Positions 1-14,447 are shown, numbered from the stretch's first letter. The stretch: DNA of 64,000 nt from Lytechinus pictus (GCF_037042905.1 NC_087261.1:25172001-25236000); one strand, 5' to 3'. A program made the numbers and translations. The notes: a model not told the origin generated them from the sequence alone.

Positions 1-1163
1 GAAATACCACATAAATTGTACATGTAAGGTTATTTCACAAAATATTGGCATTATCAATAAATTGAAATATCATTTTTCGTCGTCATCACTTCTAATGCTA
101 TATTCTTCTTTGATCTTACCCTACTTGAATTATGGGATACTTGCCTGGGGCAGCACCCATCAAACCATTTTAGATAGACTGTTATTACCGCAAAAGAAGT
201 CCCTTTGTATTATTTATAATTTAGCTTTTCGTTCAGGCAATCTAGGCAATCTAACGAATTTCATTTACCACGTTTTAGAACTTTATTGGCAACGAGTATA
301 TTTATTTTCGATGGACCTAGATTTTGGAACTCTATCGACAATAACATAAAAACACCCCTTCCCTACATTCTTTTCAAAGAAAAATGAAAAACTTCTAACT
401 TTAATCCTACCGAGGTCTTCATAACTAATTAACGCTCCTTATCATCTCCTCTCAGACATCAAGTTATTTTTTATTAACTCTTTGTGCGCTGGACCATGAA
501 CCCATCTGTACTGAATTATTTTCAGGGAGGGAAACAATGCATTGTATGTTGAGTGTGAAATTGCGAAGTTCGCACGGCACCGAGTGTGCATTGGTGCGAA
601 GTACGCGTGGAAAGGGTTTATAATAAATTAATAATAATAAATTGGTACTTACATAGCGCATAATCAATTGAAATTGCTCTATTAGACTTTACCATTTTAT
701 TTTCTCTCTTTTCGATCGCTATTCGTCCTGTTTCTATTTATCTTTATTTCGTCTTTTGTCGTCTTGTTTTTTATCGCTTATTTAGTTTTGTCTTGTTCTG
801 TTTGCTATCTTGTTCTTTTTAATCCGTTCAGTAAGTCTATGTAGGCAAATAGCAACCATTGCGTCTCTCTCTCTCTCTCTTCTTTTCCCGTCCCTTGGGA
901 AAGTTCACATTATACAAGCTATGCTTTTGAGTGAATTTCCTATTCCCACAGATACCTTTTTCTATTTAAATTATTTATTTTAATGTGTCTACAAAATGTT
1001 CCATATTTTGTATACATCTTTATATGTTAATTATCATTGATGTTGTTGAATATAAGTATAATGACAATGATTTGTATCGTAAATATTTGTTATAAATGTA
1101 TGAAAATGGTTTGTATCAATATTTATGTCATTTCTGTTGGAAATAAATCTGAATCTGAATCTG
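1..1163 (+). mobile_element. Degenerate CR1/L2-group LINE 3' fragment
   Basis: LMLYSSLILPYLNYGILAWG post-RT motif; ends AATAAA-(TCTGAA)n. Confidence 0.75.
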
Positions 1164-1519
1164 TTATTGAAATTTAAACTTCATACACCCTAAAAAAAGT
1201 TTTATCAAATATTGGGTAAAATGGGAGCATGCATGTTGGTTGAGTAAACAGAAAAAAATTACGCAATGTTGCGTTGAAATAGCCCAATATGGGGTAAAAA
1301 AAAATACCCAGCAAATATGCTTGTCCCCTTTCAACCCAATAATGGGTAAAATGTTACTCATTGTTTTTAGAGTGTAATGTACACGTATAATATCATATTT
1401 TGATATGAATGCAGGGGAAATAAAACTAAGTCATTATTCACGAGTGCGTCATTTCATGGCAGCTAGGACTAGATGCTTCATTGTCTAAAGGAAATGATGA
1501 TTTTAATATTGGAACTCAC

Positions 1520-1813
1520 TTCTAAAGACAGCTATGTATCCAATACCGCCACAGCTCTCAGTTGGGTCTCCTTGGCATGGAACGGAACAGTCTGAATCTA
1601 CTCCCACTCCATGTCTCGCATAGTTATCACTGGCTACCCCACAATAACATTCATTCCCATTTCCAACACCAGCGTATGTATAGTAAGATGTGATGGACAG
1701 TCGACAAAACCAGATGCAATATGAAATATTTATCGATGCACTAGAAAGTTTGAAGTTGCTAGATAACACTCTGTCAGTTTTGTTATCCTTGAAACATCCA
1801 AGATATCCCTCAC
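1520..1813 (-). CDS. Gene A WSC-domain exon (98 codons)
   Basis: GEGYLGCFKD..RVL..ISYC..FC..YAGV.NG.ECYCG..C..PCQGD..ESCGG..AVF; 8-Cys WSC pattern; ATAG|GT acceptor, A|GTGAG donor. Confidence 0.92.
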
Positions 1814-4800
1814 CTATTATAAAGATGCACGATAAAGTAATGAATTTCAGGATTGAACTTCGAAACGTTAATAATATTTAAAAAAAATATCTTACAATCA
1901 GAACGATATGAACGTCAATTATGTTCAATGTTGCCGAAATATGAAATTAGATGTGAATCCCCTCAAAGCAATGTAAATTACCTAAATTATGAATCTCATT
2001 TTTTTTAGGGGGGTCGAGCTATATTCTTAATACTAGCCAGATCTAGTGAATTAATGATTAATTTCACCAGGGGGCCGTTCTATAAAGCTGTTCGTTAAGT
2101 TAAGAGCGAGTTTAAGAACGACTGGTGAACCTTTCCTACGAGCTTAAACCATCACCAATGAATATACAATTTACCACAAGAAAGGATCACCAGTCGTTCT
2201 TAAACTCGCTCTTAACTTACTTGCTTTATGAAACACCCAACTGGCTTACCACCCAGCAGTAACCTTATATGTTTCTAAAAGCTACTCTGCCTTCATGTCC
2301 CAGGGTGCAAAAATAAAACATTAAAGGACAAGTCCATTCCAACAAAATGTTGATTTGAATAAAAAGAGAAACGTCCAACAAGCATAGCAGTGAAAATATC
2401 ATCAAAATCGGATTTAAAACAAGAAAGTCATGACAACTTCAACTTTCGCTTAATTTCACAAAACAGTTTTATGCACATCCTGGTCGGTATGCAAATGAGG
2501 AAACTGATGACGTCATCCACTCACTATTTCTTTTGCATTTCATTATATTAAATATGACATATTCTAATGTTCTCCTCATTGTCAAGTAAAACAAACATTT
2601 ATTCCTCCCTGAACATGTGGATTTGTTTAGTTAGGTTGTTCCTTATTTTCAAATCTTTAAAAAATGAAATATTGTATAATTCAAACAAAAAAAGGATTTA
2701 AAAAAATAGTGAGTGAGTGAGGGACATCATCAACTGTCTCTTTTGCATGGCACTGACTTGTACATATAACTGCTTTTGTGAAAAATAAGTGAAACTTTAA
2801 CATTCTTATTTTACACCCGATATTGACGAAATTTTCAGCGTTATGCTAGTTTGATTTTTCTCCATTTACTTAAATCAAGATTTTTCTAGAATGGACTTTA
2901 CCTTTAACGGCGGTTCATAGCTTAATGGATAGTAAAGCTATACACCATTTTTTAATAATTTGGCATGCTTAGATCAACAATTATTGTGTACGCAAAGATA
3001 TATTTTTTTTCTATTATTGCATACTTAAATTAATCCGTTAATACATGTATAGGTATTTTGTTTAAGTATTTGTATTGTATTAATTGAACATCATTGACAT
3101 TGTATAGCAAAAAATTGTTCGTATATATTTATTCTCTAGAAAAATGCGAATTATAATGATAAAAGAGAAAAAAAGTCAGACTAATTGGAGAATTTCCGGA
3201 CACGTGCATTTGCTTTCTGGGTTTATTTCGCCTTCTTCCATGAACATAAATAATATATTGCATTTACATTCATTTTGTTTTATTGATTTATAAATCTTAC
3301 ACGAATTTTGAAGAAAAGAATGTTTAATTGAACTGAATTAAGAGAATCAAGCCACTGTACGCCCACAAATGCCAAATGAAAAGTAAAGGACTGGAAATTC
3401 ACTTTCGTTCAAGTAATACCTGCGGCACATCAGTGCCGAAATTCAGTTTATAAAGCAAAAAGGGTTTCTTTTTCACATTTTTATTTTCATTCCCCTTGTC
3501 CCTTACTTTCTGTATTATTTTCCTTGAACGAGCCTGTAGGCTTTAATTTGTATATTGAAAAATATGAAACAAATTGTAAACGTTGGAAATGGAAATAAAC
3601 GAAATTAAGTGAAATGACATAACCAATTTCATTGCTATTAAACATTATTGGCCATCAAGCCTGTGGTATCAACAATCGTTGTTAGAATGACTAAGAAGAG
3701 TCAATATGGCATGTGTTAAACTTTTTGTAACGGAAGTTGTATTTGCCTATCAAATTGACCTGGGTGAATTAATACTTGATCATGTGCACCCTACTGGACT
3801 CCATATTCAATTCACAGAATTGATTCGGATTCAATGTAGTCTGCCTCTAGATATTATTATTGTCGTTTTTGTAATTACCATGACAAGATGCTGCTCCTGC
3901 TGGGGAACACCCCGATGCATGTGATAATGTAGAACATGCTGCGACGTTTCCTTCACCTAGAAATTCAACATAAACATGATAAACAACAATTTATTGATTT
4001 AAGTAAAAAAAAAAAAATTATCCTAACTATTGGAACCAGGCCAATCATACATTGACTTCAGTGGGGCTAATTATGTATTCATGAGGTCATATCTCAGGCC
4101 CCCATTGACCAATTCGCCCCAATTTTGGTAGTGGAGGTATTTCATCATGCTCTACGAAAATATGGTAGCAGATATTCTAAAATGAAAAAAAAAGTTGTTT
4201 GTAACGTCATCAATTCGGTGCTCTACAGTGCGTAGCAAAAAAAAACGGGACAGTTTTGAAAAGTCTATTAAAAAATTGTTTCAAATTATGATATCTATAT
4301 TTTTATGTTAATAGATGCTCTGAAATCTTATCTTTGAAGTGCCATTTAAAAATAAATTTTGTTCATGCTTAAGTAGACACGGAACGTTTTTGTCGGGGGT
4401 TCAAAAAGAGGCTTTTGTCAAAATGGCAGAAATTAGATGATCAGACTTCTTTCTAATCAGCAAACTTCCTTTTAACCTTTTCATTATCTTTGCAATGATT
4501 TTCACATTTGAAGCCCGACCAGATAGGCCTCGCTAGCTTCTTGAAGGGCCATCACGGCGGAACTCTGGAAGCGGAGCTCGATCGACCTTCAATGCAGCCT
4601 GGTTTTTATAGACTTTTCAAATATGTCCCGTTTTTTATACACACTGTATTACAGCTCTGATCGGCGTTGGCGATGCGCTCTTCACCATGTTAACAGCGGT
4701 TTGAAATTATCCATGAACCGCGAACTCTAAGCACCGAAAACTTGTTGGTCATATGCGATATCATCTTAACCCTAATAAGATTGGGCGCTGATTCAGCCCC

Positions 4801-6862
4801 CCTCCCCGCTCGACAGTTGTCGCGAATAAATCCGCCGCGCAATTTTTTTTTTACCAAGTAGCTCGCTGACTTTTTACTTTGAAGTCTCGCGCAAATTTTG
4901 AGACCAAAACTGCGACACCCAGGTACGCAGTTCCAACATTTCATAAATGCATGCAGACCCAAAAAAGTCCCCCCCCCCCCAAAAAAAAAAAAAAAATAAT
5001 AATAATAAATAAATAAATAAAAATAAAAAAATAAATAAGAATAAAAATAAAAATAACGTGAAATCGAGTACAAATCAAACGCAAATTGTGTTTCTTATCA
5101 AAAATTCATATGTATCAGTATTTTTCCTTTACGGATTAAATCAATTAATTTCATTTTTTTTTTACAGTCAAAATAAAGTCCCTGACAGTTTATATAAAAA
5201 AAAAAGGGGGGGAGAAGAAATACATAGAAATTCAGAAAACAATAACATTCCTAGGAAACTAAATGCGATATTGATTTTTTTTATTTGATCAGAGCCCAAT
5301 AAAGAGCATTTGAGTGGCCTTATCTGAGAATTTGATCTTACAGTTTTGTAAATTATGCCATGGGTAACGTGCGTGCCGATTTTCGTCGCGATCGCGCGAT
5401 CGACGGCCAAGATCATAATGGATGCTGAATCACCATCCCCCGCATGTCTTTTTAGGGTTACGAGTTGTGAAAACAAACAAACATCTGTAGGGGTAACCCT
5501 GGTGGAGTGGTCCAACTGCACTCCCCCTAGCTACCCCCCCCCCCTATCAGTTTTATCGGGAGGAGAGACCTGCTGGTCATAAACTCTAAAGAAATTGGGT
5601 AAAAGTGCTCCATGGTGGTATTTATGTGTCCAACCAACATTGGGCATTTCTTTTGGGCATTTTTATTTATCCAGTGTGATGAAAAATTTACCCATTCTAA
5701 AGTAATTGCTGCTTATTTTTTCACTTTACTGGTCAATATGCTACACGCATTTGGTTAAAATTCTGCCCCAAATTGGTTGGACACATTCATTCATTCATTT
5801 ATTCATTTTTCCAACAAAATTTATAATGCAATAATTACAATAAGTAAAACATAACATCAGAAAATATAAATGACATAAATATTTAAATAAACCAAATATA
5901 AAGAATATACACCTGATACAGAAGATAATATTTCCAATTTGATACTAACAATATGCAAGACATAATTACTCTCGTGCTGGTAAAAAATTTTGAAAATCTG
6001 TGTGTGAAAATGGCAATAAATGAAATAAATACATAGAAATAGAATAAAATAAAATTAAAAATTAAAAAAAAAAGATAAGATTTAAGAAAATGGTCCCCGG
6101 ATTTTTTTTTTGGGGGGGTTGCAACCCCCAACCCCCCCCCCCCCCCTCTAGATCCGCTTCTGTGTATTACCTCCGTTACAATCTAATCCAATGTCAGGAG
6201 TTGAGTTCTGTCTAAAAGGTGTGGTCTGCATTGCTAGACTAGCTCCCGTGAATCCTAACTGTCTGCAAATGACCATGACATCATTAATGTCAAGATTTAT
6301 TCCACATGTCGTCTCCCAATTGCCGCCATCTTGCCTGATCTCTACTGTACCTTTATTAGACGATGGACCTCCAACCAGTTGTACATCTACGAAGAAGAGG
6401 GAAATGGGATAGAGTCTGCTGTTAGGTTCTTTATGACATACGGAACCATGAGTTCCAACTATACACTTTACATCATAATTGACATTCATATACACAGAAA
6501 ATATCTGCATATTGCATTCTTGCATATGAAAGTTCGACTAAGTGGCATCTATATTATTTTGGGTTATAATTTGCCTTCTTTTCATTGTCTGTAATCCTTT
6601 TCTTTCAGTAGTTTTAAAGTACTTTCCAAGACCCCTCCTTAGTAGAGCCGACGGGCATCAACTCATCAAGCAAAGGCGTTCTATATCCTTTAAGTACATG
6701 GTGCCATTGCAATTAACGTAGCCTTAAGTCCTTTGATACAAATAAACTCATGATACTGGGCATTCTTGGTTTGTTACCTGTAATGACACACCTGACCATG
6801 TAATTACTGTTCTGTATCAGAAGAGTGATTAGGAACGCAAAGTTGATCCGATGCCAATCCAT
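1520..6862 (-). CDS. Gene A (partial; 3' exons lie before window start): signal peptide-SRCR-WSC receptor paralogue
   Basis: Exons 6862-6778, 6386-6171, 3956-3879, 1813-1520; all GT-AG, phase 1, open frame; homologous to exons of B-D. Confidence 0.88.
2071..2240. mobile_element. Palindromic MITE, PIF/Harbinger-like (second copy at ~23722-23903)
   Basis: Long self-complementary arms; flanked by CAG/CTG; empty site present in gene C at ~43449. Confidence 0.7.
2325..2903. mobile_element. Non-autonomous TTAA-flanked DNA transposon (Kolobok-like)
   Basis: TTAA|AGGACAAGTCCA...TGGACTTTACCT|TTAA; related copies at 43533-43960, ~26612-27211 and ~60733 (partial). Confidence 0.7.
3879..3956 (-). CDS. 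Gene A SRCR C-terminal exon (26 codons)
   Basis: GEGNVAACSTLSHASGCSPAGAASCH; TTTCTAG acceptor, G|GTAAT donor; missed by the ORF track. Confidence 0.88.
4226..4646. mobile_element. Tc1/mariner-like MITE
   Basis: TA|CAGTGCGTA..AAAACGGGACA ... TGTCCCGTTTTTTATACACACTG|TA. Confidence 0.75.
6171..6386 (-). CDS. Gene A SRCR N-terminal exon (72 codons)
   Basis: [35 protein letters not shown]; SRCR motif. Confidence 0.92.
6778..6862 (-). CDS. Gene A signal-peptide exon
   Basis: MDWHRINFAFLITLLIQNSNYMVRCVIT; ACAG|GTAAC donor; candidate upstream acceptor at 6892-6893 would imply a 5' UTR intron. Confidence 0.8.
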
Positions 6863-9187
6863 TACTGGTTCACATACGATCACCCGTGAATCTGCAGATC
6901 AATTAGAATTTGGGGCTAATATCAGAAGTATAACTTAAATAGCGGTGTTGGGACGTTCTGAGCAGAAAAATATATAAACATATTTCAGGGGCTAACCATT
7001 GTGTGTTATCAATGGTTCCCCTCCTATCCTTTGCCTGCTTAGAACGTACAATTCATGCTCACTAAACTTATTTCATATTTCAACGATCTATTAATGTTTT
7101 ACACCAACTTATACTTACAAAAATAGTGTTAACTTCATAAGAGATGAAACTACAGTCTGCCTTCTTTGAAACCAGTGACCAATACCGACAAACAGGGACG
7201 ACTAATTCGTGATGCCTTTGGATCTTTGATAGGCGTACAAGACGTACCTTAATAGGATGGTGTACAAAACTAGAAATTCGATGGGAGACACGTCACAACC
7301 GACACAACCTTCTGCTGGCCGATCTAATATAACAGTGGATTTTGGATGAAAATTTTTTATCCAAATACGACAAGATGTGAAGTAAAGCGGACAAACCATG
7401 AACAAGTTCTGAATTTGTGAACTTTGGTAACAATGAAGGTTTTCCTGCATGACCAAATGTTATATTGTGATGTAGGGCAAGAACTCATCGATTTGTTCTA
7501 ATACATAACATGACTAATGTATCATATTTATCAAAAGCTATTTGAGCAGAATAATTTATTTTTAACACCATCTATCCCTTTTCTATTGCTTTTTGCTTGC
7601 TGTCCGAAGTGCATGACGAATGGACAATAGTCCTTATCACTTAACAATTTACTCAACGTTTTTATCATTATTATTATGAATATTATTGTTATTATAGATT
7701 CAATTATACTGATATTATTATTTGTTATTGTTATCATTATTATTATCATTATTATTGTTATTATCATTATTTTTATTTGATATTTACATAGTCATAATCG
7801 TATTCCATTGAATCTTGTACCATGGTTCTCATCACATTATTTTCCCTTTTTTTCCCTCGCACACAACTCAATTAACAACCTAGGCTAAATTACGCTTTAT
7901 AATAGAGCCCCCTCCCCCCCCCCTACACACACACACAGAAGAACTGGGGAAATTAATTTACAAGAAAAAATGATAAATCTGAAAGTTGCATGGACGCTTT
8001 TTTTTCAGTCAAAGACAAACAATAAGAAAGTCAAATACATTTATAAAATGGCACAGAAAGAATACTCAGGACAAAAATGAAATAAAAATGAAAAATAAAA
8101 GGGATGATTGTCTCTATCGCATGTCACTTACAAAAAAGTTTGTAATTTCAGAAATCAGTATTCTTACTAATTTGTTACTGTTTCAACAGTCACAAATTTC
8201 TCATTCCTTGTTTGATTCTGAGAAACTTCTACCACTTTGTTGTTATTACGCCCCCCCCCCCTTAATACACATCCTTATTAACATTATCATTCTTATCATA
8301 AGAATCTATTATATATTGCAGTTCGAGCATATATAATAATCGAAAAGAAATATATTTCCCTCGTTATACAGTATATGCATGTTCATGCATACATTCATAA
8401 TTTTGATAGTGACAATAATACATGTAAGTTGAATGATTTTGTAACGATTTACCCTAAATTGACAATCGAAATAATAAAAATATAATTACCATTATTCCTA
8501 ATTAATTATCCATGTCTTTCTTGTCTCTTTCAATCAATGCAATAATCATCTGCTAACAAGTTAAAACAGCTGTCGTGTATGATTATACTATACTGGCGCT
8601 ACTACTGTTGCTTGTCACAATACTGTACAACATTTTATCTATGAATCCTGCAAATTAACCGTTGGATCGTTGACATACAGGTGCACGGGTGTCAGAAAAC
8701 CCACAACCAAGAATCCACCTTTCGCCTCGTAAACGATATGGGATAAGACTGGGTTTCACAAAATTACCATCTTAACGAATATGCAGCAGTCCAATTACGA
8801 ATGTCAAATTGTATTTAACAAATATTCCATAGTATCACAGAAAGCACAGTTTGAGAAACATGGCCTAGAACATTGTTCATTCTGGCACTCCTTTTCATTT
8901 CATAAAGAAGCAGCCTCTTGTTTGATTTATATACAGTCTACCCTAAACTATTGAACCGATCACTAAAGAATAGGGGATCCGAGTCAATTTCAAAATCAAG
9001 TTCCTCTTTTAGGGACACGAATTCAACATAATGTTAATAATTATCTTGTTTGTAAAACGTTTGATAATCATGAATTGGCCATTTATCGTATAACTGGTTT
9101 CCCCAATAAATAAAAGTACTTCAAACCTATACTTCGCCATTCGTATATCTAAAGAGTCTTATTATTATCACCATTTGCTATCATTAC

Positions 9188-9279
9188 AGTAAGAAGCAAT
9201 AGTAATAATAACGGAAGTAGCAGTGGGAGGAGGAAGAATAGTAGTAATGTGAGAAGTAGTAGTAGTAGTAGTAGAAATA
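9188..9279. repeat. (AGT)n microsatellite running into a gap
   Basis: Degenerate AGT repeats before the gap at 9280-9633. Confidence 0.85.
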
Positions 9280-10660
9280 NNNNNNNNNNNNNNNNNNNNN
9301 NNNNNNNNNNNNNNNNNNNNNNNNNNNNNNNNNNNNNNNNNNNNNNNNNNNNNNNNNNNNNNNNNNNNNNNNNNNNNNNNNNNNNNNNNNNNNNNNNNNN
9401 NNNNNNNNNNNNNNNNNNNNNNNNNNNNNNNNNNNNNNNNNNNNNNNNNNNNNNNNNNNNNNNNNNNNNNNNNNNNNNNNNNNNNNNNNNNNNNNNNNNN
9501 NNNNNNNNNNNNNNNNNNNNNNNNNNNNNNNNNNNNNNNNNNNNNNNNNNNNNNNNNNNNNNNNNNNNNNNNNNNNNNNNNNNNNNNNNNNNNNNNNNNN
9601 NNNNNNNNNNNNNNNNNNNNNNNNNNNNNNNNNCAATCCATATGCACTTCATATTCAAACTCTCATACACAAGAAACGAATGTATACATGTATACATGAT
9701 CATTCTCTACAAAACATTATGCTCGAAATAGTCACACAAATAATAATTTTTACAATAGAATCTTTTATTACGAATATATAAAGTGATAACAGTGAAAAAT
9801 AAAAGAAAGCGTACACTATCGATGACAAGATGGAATGATAGAGATATCTTAAAGATAAATGCCAGTTGTGGTAACGATCTCAAATGACTTTTTACAGAAT
9901 CTAATATAATGACCACCCGAGTGTCTGTTTGTATGAATAAAATATATGTGCCAAAGGATTCTGGAAGAAATTGTGTAATTGCTGGGAAATAAGCAGAATA
10001 AGCGCGGATTCGGTCACTTCCGGATCCGTCGGGTCTTTATTCCAGCAATAATAATACACTGTCCCACGTGTGCCTATCTGTGTTGGCGATATTCAGTGTG
10101 ATCGTTTTTTAGCTTAGATTTTATGGTTTCACAAAGTTCAGTTTATGTTACTGTACCAGATCTAGATCCACAATGATATAGTTATACTTAACCTAGCTTG
10201 TATAGACGGGCTAATCATCCTAAAACGGATAGTAGACACAATTTCGACCTCCTTTCACTTATCAATTTAGTACAAATTACATATCTCTGTATGTTTTTCT
10301 TAATATTTTCCATTATTTTTTATGTTATGAAATATTCAGTTTTATCATTAGGCCTATAATTGTTGTTGTTGTTAATGAATAAGTATTGGAAATATCTTCA
10401 TCAATTGAAATATCAGAATAATGAAAATTATCACTCTGCTAAAGCAACCATCTCTTGATGTAATGTAACCATTCAAACAAGAATCCGTCCATCTCAAATT
10501 ATAAGACAGACCTGCACAATTAAGGTGATCACATACTACCAATGTAATGTAAACTCAATATTAATAGCTATGACGTCAAGTTAGCTACGCCTTTATCAAT
10601 CTTTTCAAAGTTATTTCTTACACAGTAACCTGGACATACAACTTTTTTTCTCTCTTTATG

Positions 10661-12004
10661 AAACAAGGCAAACGCCAAGCGTTGTCTCGCCTGCATATTG
10701 CAGTCATGAAGAGACTGCATGTCAAAACTACATGTATGCTATATGACTTAGATGGACCTCTGTTACGAGTTTGGCGATCCCACCTCGAAGCTATAGTCAT
10801 GGAAAGTTCATTGACCTTTGACCTTAATCAAATTCAACTCACATTTGAACTTGACCCGCACCTCCAAAAGATAGACCTCTTGTATGAATTTGGCAATCCT
10901 AACTCGAAGATATAGAAAGGAATTGTGTGTACAGCACAGCACAGTGCCAGTCATGGAAAGTTCATTGACATTTGACCTTATTCAAATTCGGCTCACATTT
11001 GAACTTGACCTGCACGTTCAAGAGATGGACCTCTGTTATGAATTTGGCGATCTCATCTCAAAGCTATAGAAATGTATTGTGTGTACAACACAGCACAGTG
11101 CCAGTCATGGAAAGTTCATTGACATTTGACCTTTGACCTTATTCAAATTCGACTCATATTCGAACTTGACCTGTGCCTTCAGAAGATGGACCTCTGGTAT
11201 GAATTTGGTGACCCCACCTCGAAGCTATAGAAAGGTATTGGGTGTACAAAGTTATTATGTGTACAACACAGCACAGTGCCAGTCATGGAGAGTTCATTGA
11301 CCTTTGACCTTTGACCTTATTCAAATTCGACTCATATTCGAACTTGACCTGTGCCTTCAGAAGATGGACCTCTGGTATGAATTTGGTGATCCCACCTCGA
11401 AGCTATAGAAAGTTATTGGGTGTACAAAGTTATTATGTGTACAACACAGCACAGTGCCAGTCATGGAGAGTTCATTGACCTTTGACCTTTGACCTTATTC
11501 AAATTCGACTCATATTCGAACTTGACCTGTGCCTTCAGGAGATGGACCTCTGGTATAAATTTGGTGATCCCACCTCGAAGATATAGAAAGTTATTATGTG
11601 TACAACACAGCACAGTGCCAGTCATGGAGAGTTCATTGACCTTTGACCTTTGACCTTATTCAAATTCGACTCATATTCGAACTTGACCTGTGCCTTCAGG
11701 AGATGGACCTCTGGTATGAATTTGGTGATCCCACCTCGACGATATAGAAAGTTATTGTGTGTACAACACAGCACAGTGCCAGTCATGGAAAGTTCATTGA
11801 CCTTTGACCTTATTCAAATTCGTTTCATATTCGAACTTGACCTGTGCCTTCAGGAGATGGACCTCTGGTATGAATTTGGTGATCCCACCTTGAAGCTATA
11901 GAAAGTTATTGGGTGTACAACACAATTGTTGACGACGACGACGACGCCGACACCGGAAATAGTGATACCTATGTCTCGCTCCGCTACGTAGGCGAGACAA
12001 AAAA
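10661..12004. mobile_element. Helentron-associated (HINE/pearl/Tsp-like) element with 7 tandem 154-178-bp units
   Basis: Sub-terminal inverted repeat TTGTCTCGCCT/AGGCGAGACAA, 3' stem-loop, (GAC)n; inserted in an A-run that is empty in C (~38025) and D (~55025). Confidence 0.75.
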
Positions 12005-14447
12005 TGAAAGAATGCATCGGAGAAATTCATACTTAATGTTATTTCCCACTTATATTATGATTTACATGTATGCCTAAATGGAATTAAATTGAACGCATGT
12101 CTTGGTCCCGTTTTACAAAGAGTTACGATTAATCCGATCGACCAAAACTATGAAAAGCCAACAACCCTCACATCTTAAATATGTGTTTCTTCCATTTTTG
12201 TTTAGATGATTATACATTTTTATTCCATATATTCATCGTTGTCTTAACAATTCGGTAAGATGGGACCCAGAAACAGTGATCATTCGCAGTCGGGATATAA
12301 TTTCAATGCAAATGCTATATTTCTTAATCTCAAAGGATTTAGATTCAAATATTATCAGATTGAATCTATCAAAATTCAGTATTGCCTAATTGACTGCTCC
12401 CTATTGACAGCAGGTCTGAATTCGATTTTGAGTGTACTGTAATGGTTCAAAACAAGGAATTAAACGAATCATATACGGAAAAGTCTGATTGATATATATA
12501 TTGTTGATACTGTACATAAAAACATGTCATTTTTAAAAGAATGTATTTAACAATCTTTATTATTATAAAGCTTTATGAAAATATATATCAAAAATAGAAA
12601 ACAATTCTGAATAACATGCGTAGTAAGCAATGTGATAACGATAATGTTACGTAGTACTAATAACTACCTGATTTGTATAGTCAGCTGTTCACTACGATCA
12701 AATTAAGTGTTTTAACATCAACCTATACACCATATACAGCAGGTAAGAACACAATTAAGTTCAAAGTAAATTAAAAACGTTATGTATTGCATTTGCTTTA
12801 TGTTTCTGTCATCTTTCATGTTTGAATAAATCTGCTGCACATGCACAATCAGATAACTGATCCACTACAATTAGCTATGATCACTGCACATCTTTTGTTT
12901 TTTATAGAATGGATGGGAAAATCCCTGCAATCTGATTGGTTGAGAGCTATGCAAGAATTTTTTACTGGGCTGCATGAACGATATCCCGATAATCAAAACG
13001 ATATCCACTATAAACAAGCTATCGTCCGAAAAGGTCATTGTGATGTCATCGCGCATGTACTGTTACGTTTAACCTTGTTTACGTCAAAATTTTGAATTTT
13101 CGATCAAGGCAGAATGAATCAAATAAAGGATGCAAAATGATCTGTAAGTACAAATACGTTACCGTAATTGTCATAGGGATTAAAACTGCCTGCATACTCG
13201 TTAGTTGAGAAGTCCAGACATACGATCTAACGTTTATAGATCTACTGCCCTGGGCTGGCTGTGCAAAGCCAAATCTCCACTGCGGGCCCATGCAGCCGTA
13301 GGCACTGGCCACCGGCGCGGCCCGGGCATACACACACAGCTATTGGAGGTCTGAGGCTGCCTCATAGAGTCATAGATCTAGTCAATGCAAAGCTGTATCT
13401 GGCATTTTGGGTATAATGATGCCTTTGTGCCAACATATTATCAAGTTAGGCATACATATTTATGTTTTATCAGGGTTATCAAAGGGTCTGCATTACATTT
13501 TGGAATTTTCATGCATCCGGTAACAAATCATGCGTCCGGTAAAAAAAATCATGCGTCCAGTAAATATTTTCATGCGTCCAGTAAATTGAATTTACTGGAC
13601 GCATGAAATTACCATGCATCCGGTAAATCATTAATTGTTGTGGTTTATTCAATAAAATTTTTCCATTCTATAAAACAGATGATGCATGGGTTTCTTTCGT
13701 GGGTCAGTGGAACTGTGTGCACGCGGTAACTTTGGCATTATGGTCTAAACCATGCCAAAGTTACCTTGTGCACACAGTTCCTACTGACCCACTCTAACCC
13801 ATGCATCATTTGTATACAGTGAGCTAAGATAAGATATTAAGATTTCCCATATCCTGTATAATATATGTCTGAAGTCTACAAACGCGGTTATTTTGTTAGA
13901 GTCTATTTTTTATTAGCATGATTAGGAGATGTAGACAAGGGATCCTCGTATCTTCATCATTATTCTTTGCTGCAATTTTTGTTATTATGCACCGTCAAAA
14001 TACATTAGCTGATCAATTAGTGTAACTATCATGAAGATGAAATTATATTTTTGTTAGTACAAAACGAAGATGAATTTATCTTTTATGTTGTGGCATAGCT
14101 TTTAATTTAAGATGAATTATTCTCCTTATAGTATTTGTACAATTATGTTTGTATTTATTAGTATTCATTTGACAATTCTGTAATAAGATACATGTACATT
14201 TCTACAACTTGTTTCCTTTTGTTTACATTTTATGTCTTGAAGGAACGCAGTTTTTGAATGAACAGGATAGTGTAGAGAGATTAGTTAAAAGCAAAATAAT
14301 AATTGTGTGGATGATTGTGTACAGCTTTGTAAATTCCAAATCTAATGAGCACTTTTACGACATTCTAAAACAAAACAGAACAAAGATTTTTTGATATTTT
14401 TTCATTCATTTACCATGTTTACTGTTACTTAACCAACACCTCTTTAT

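Noticed and set aside
9149-9731. Long ORFs spanning N-runs (also ~35638-36014, 51099-51645, 53999-54343)
   Set aside because: Artefacts of assembly gaps and microsatellites
10796-11930. CRISPR-like array, or repeated small ORFs (MESSLTFDL..)
   Set aside because: No unique spacers, eukaryotic context, no cas genes; it is a transposon-borne tandem repeat
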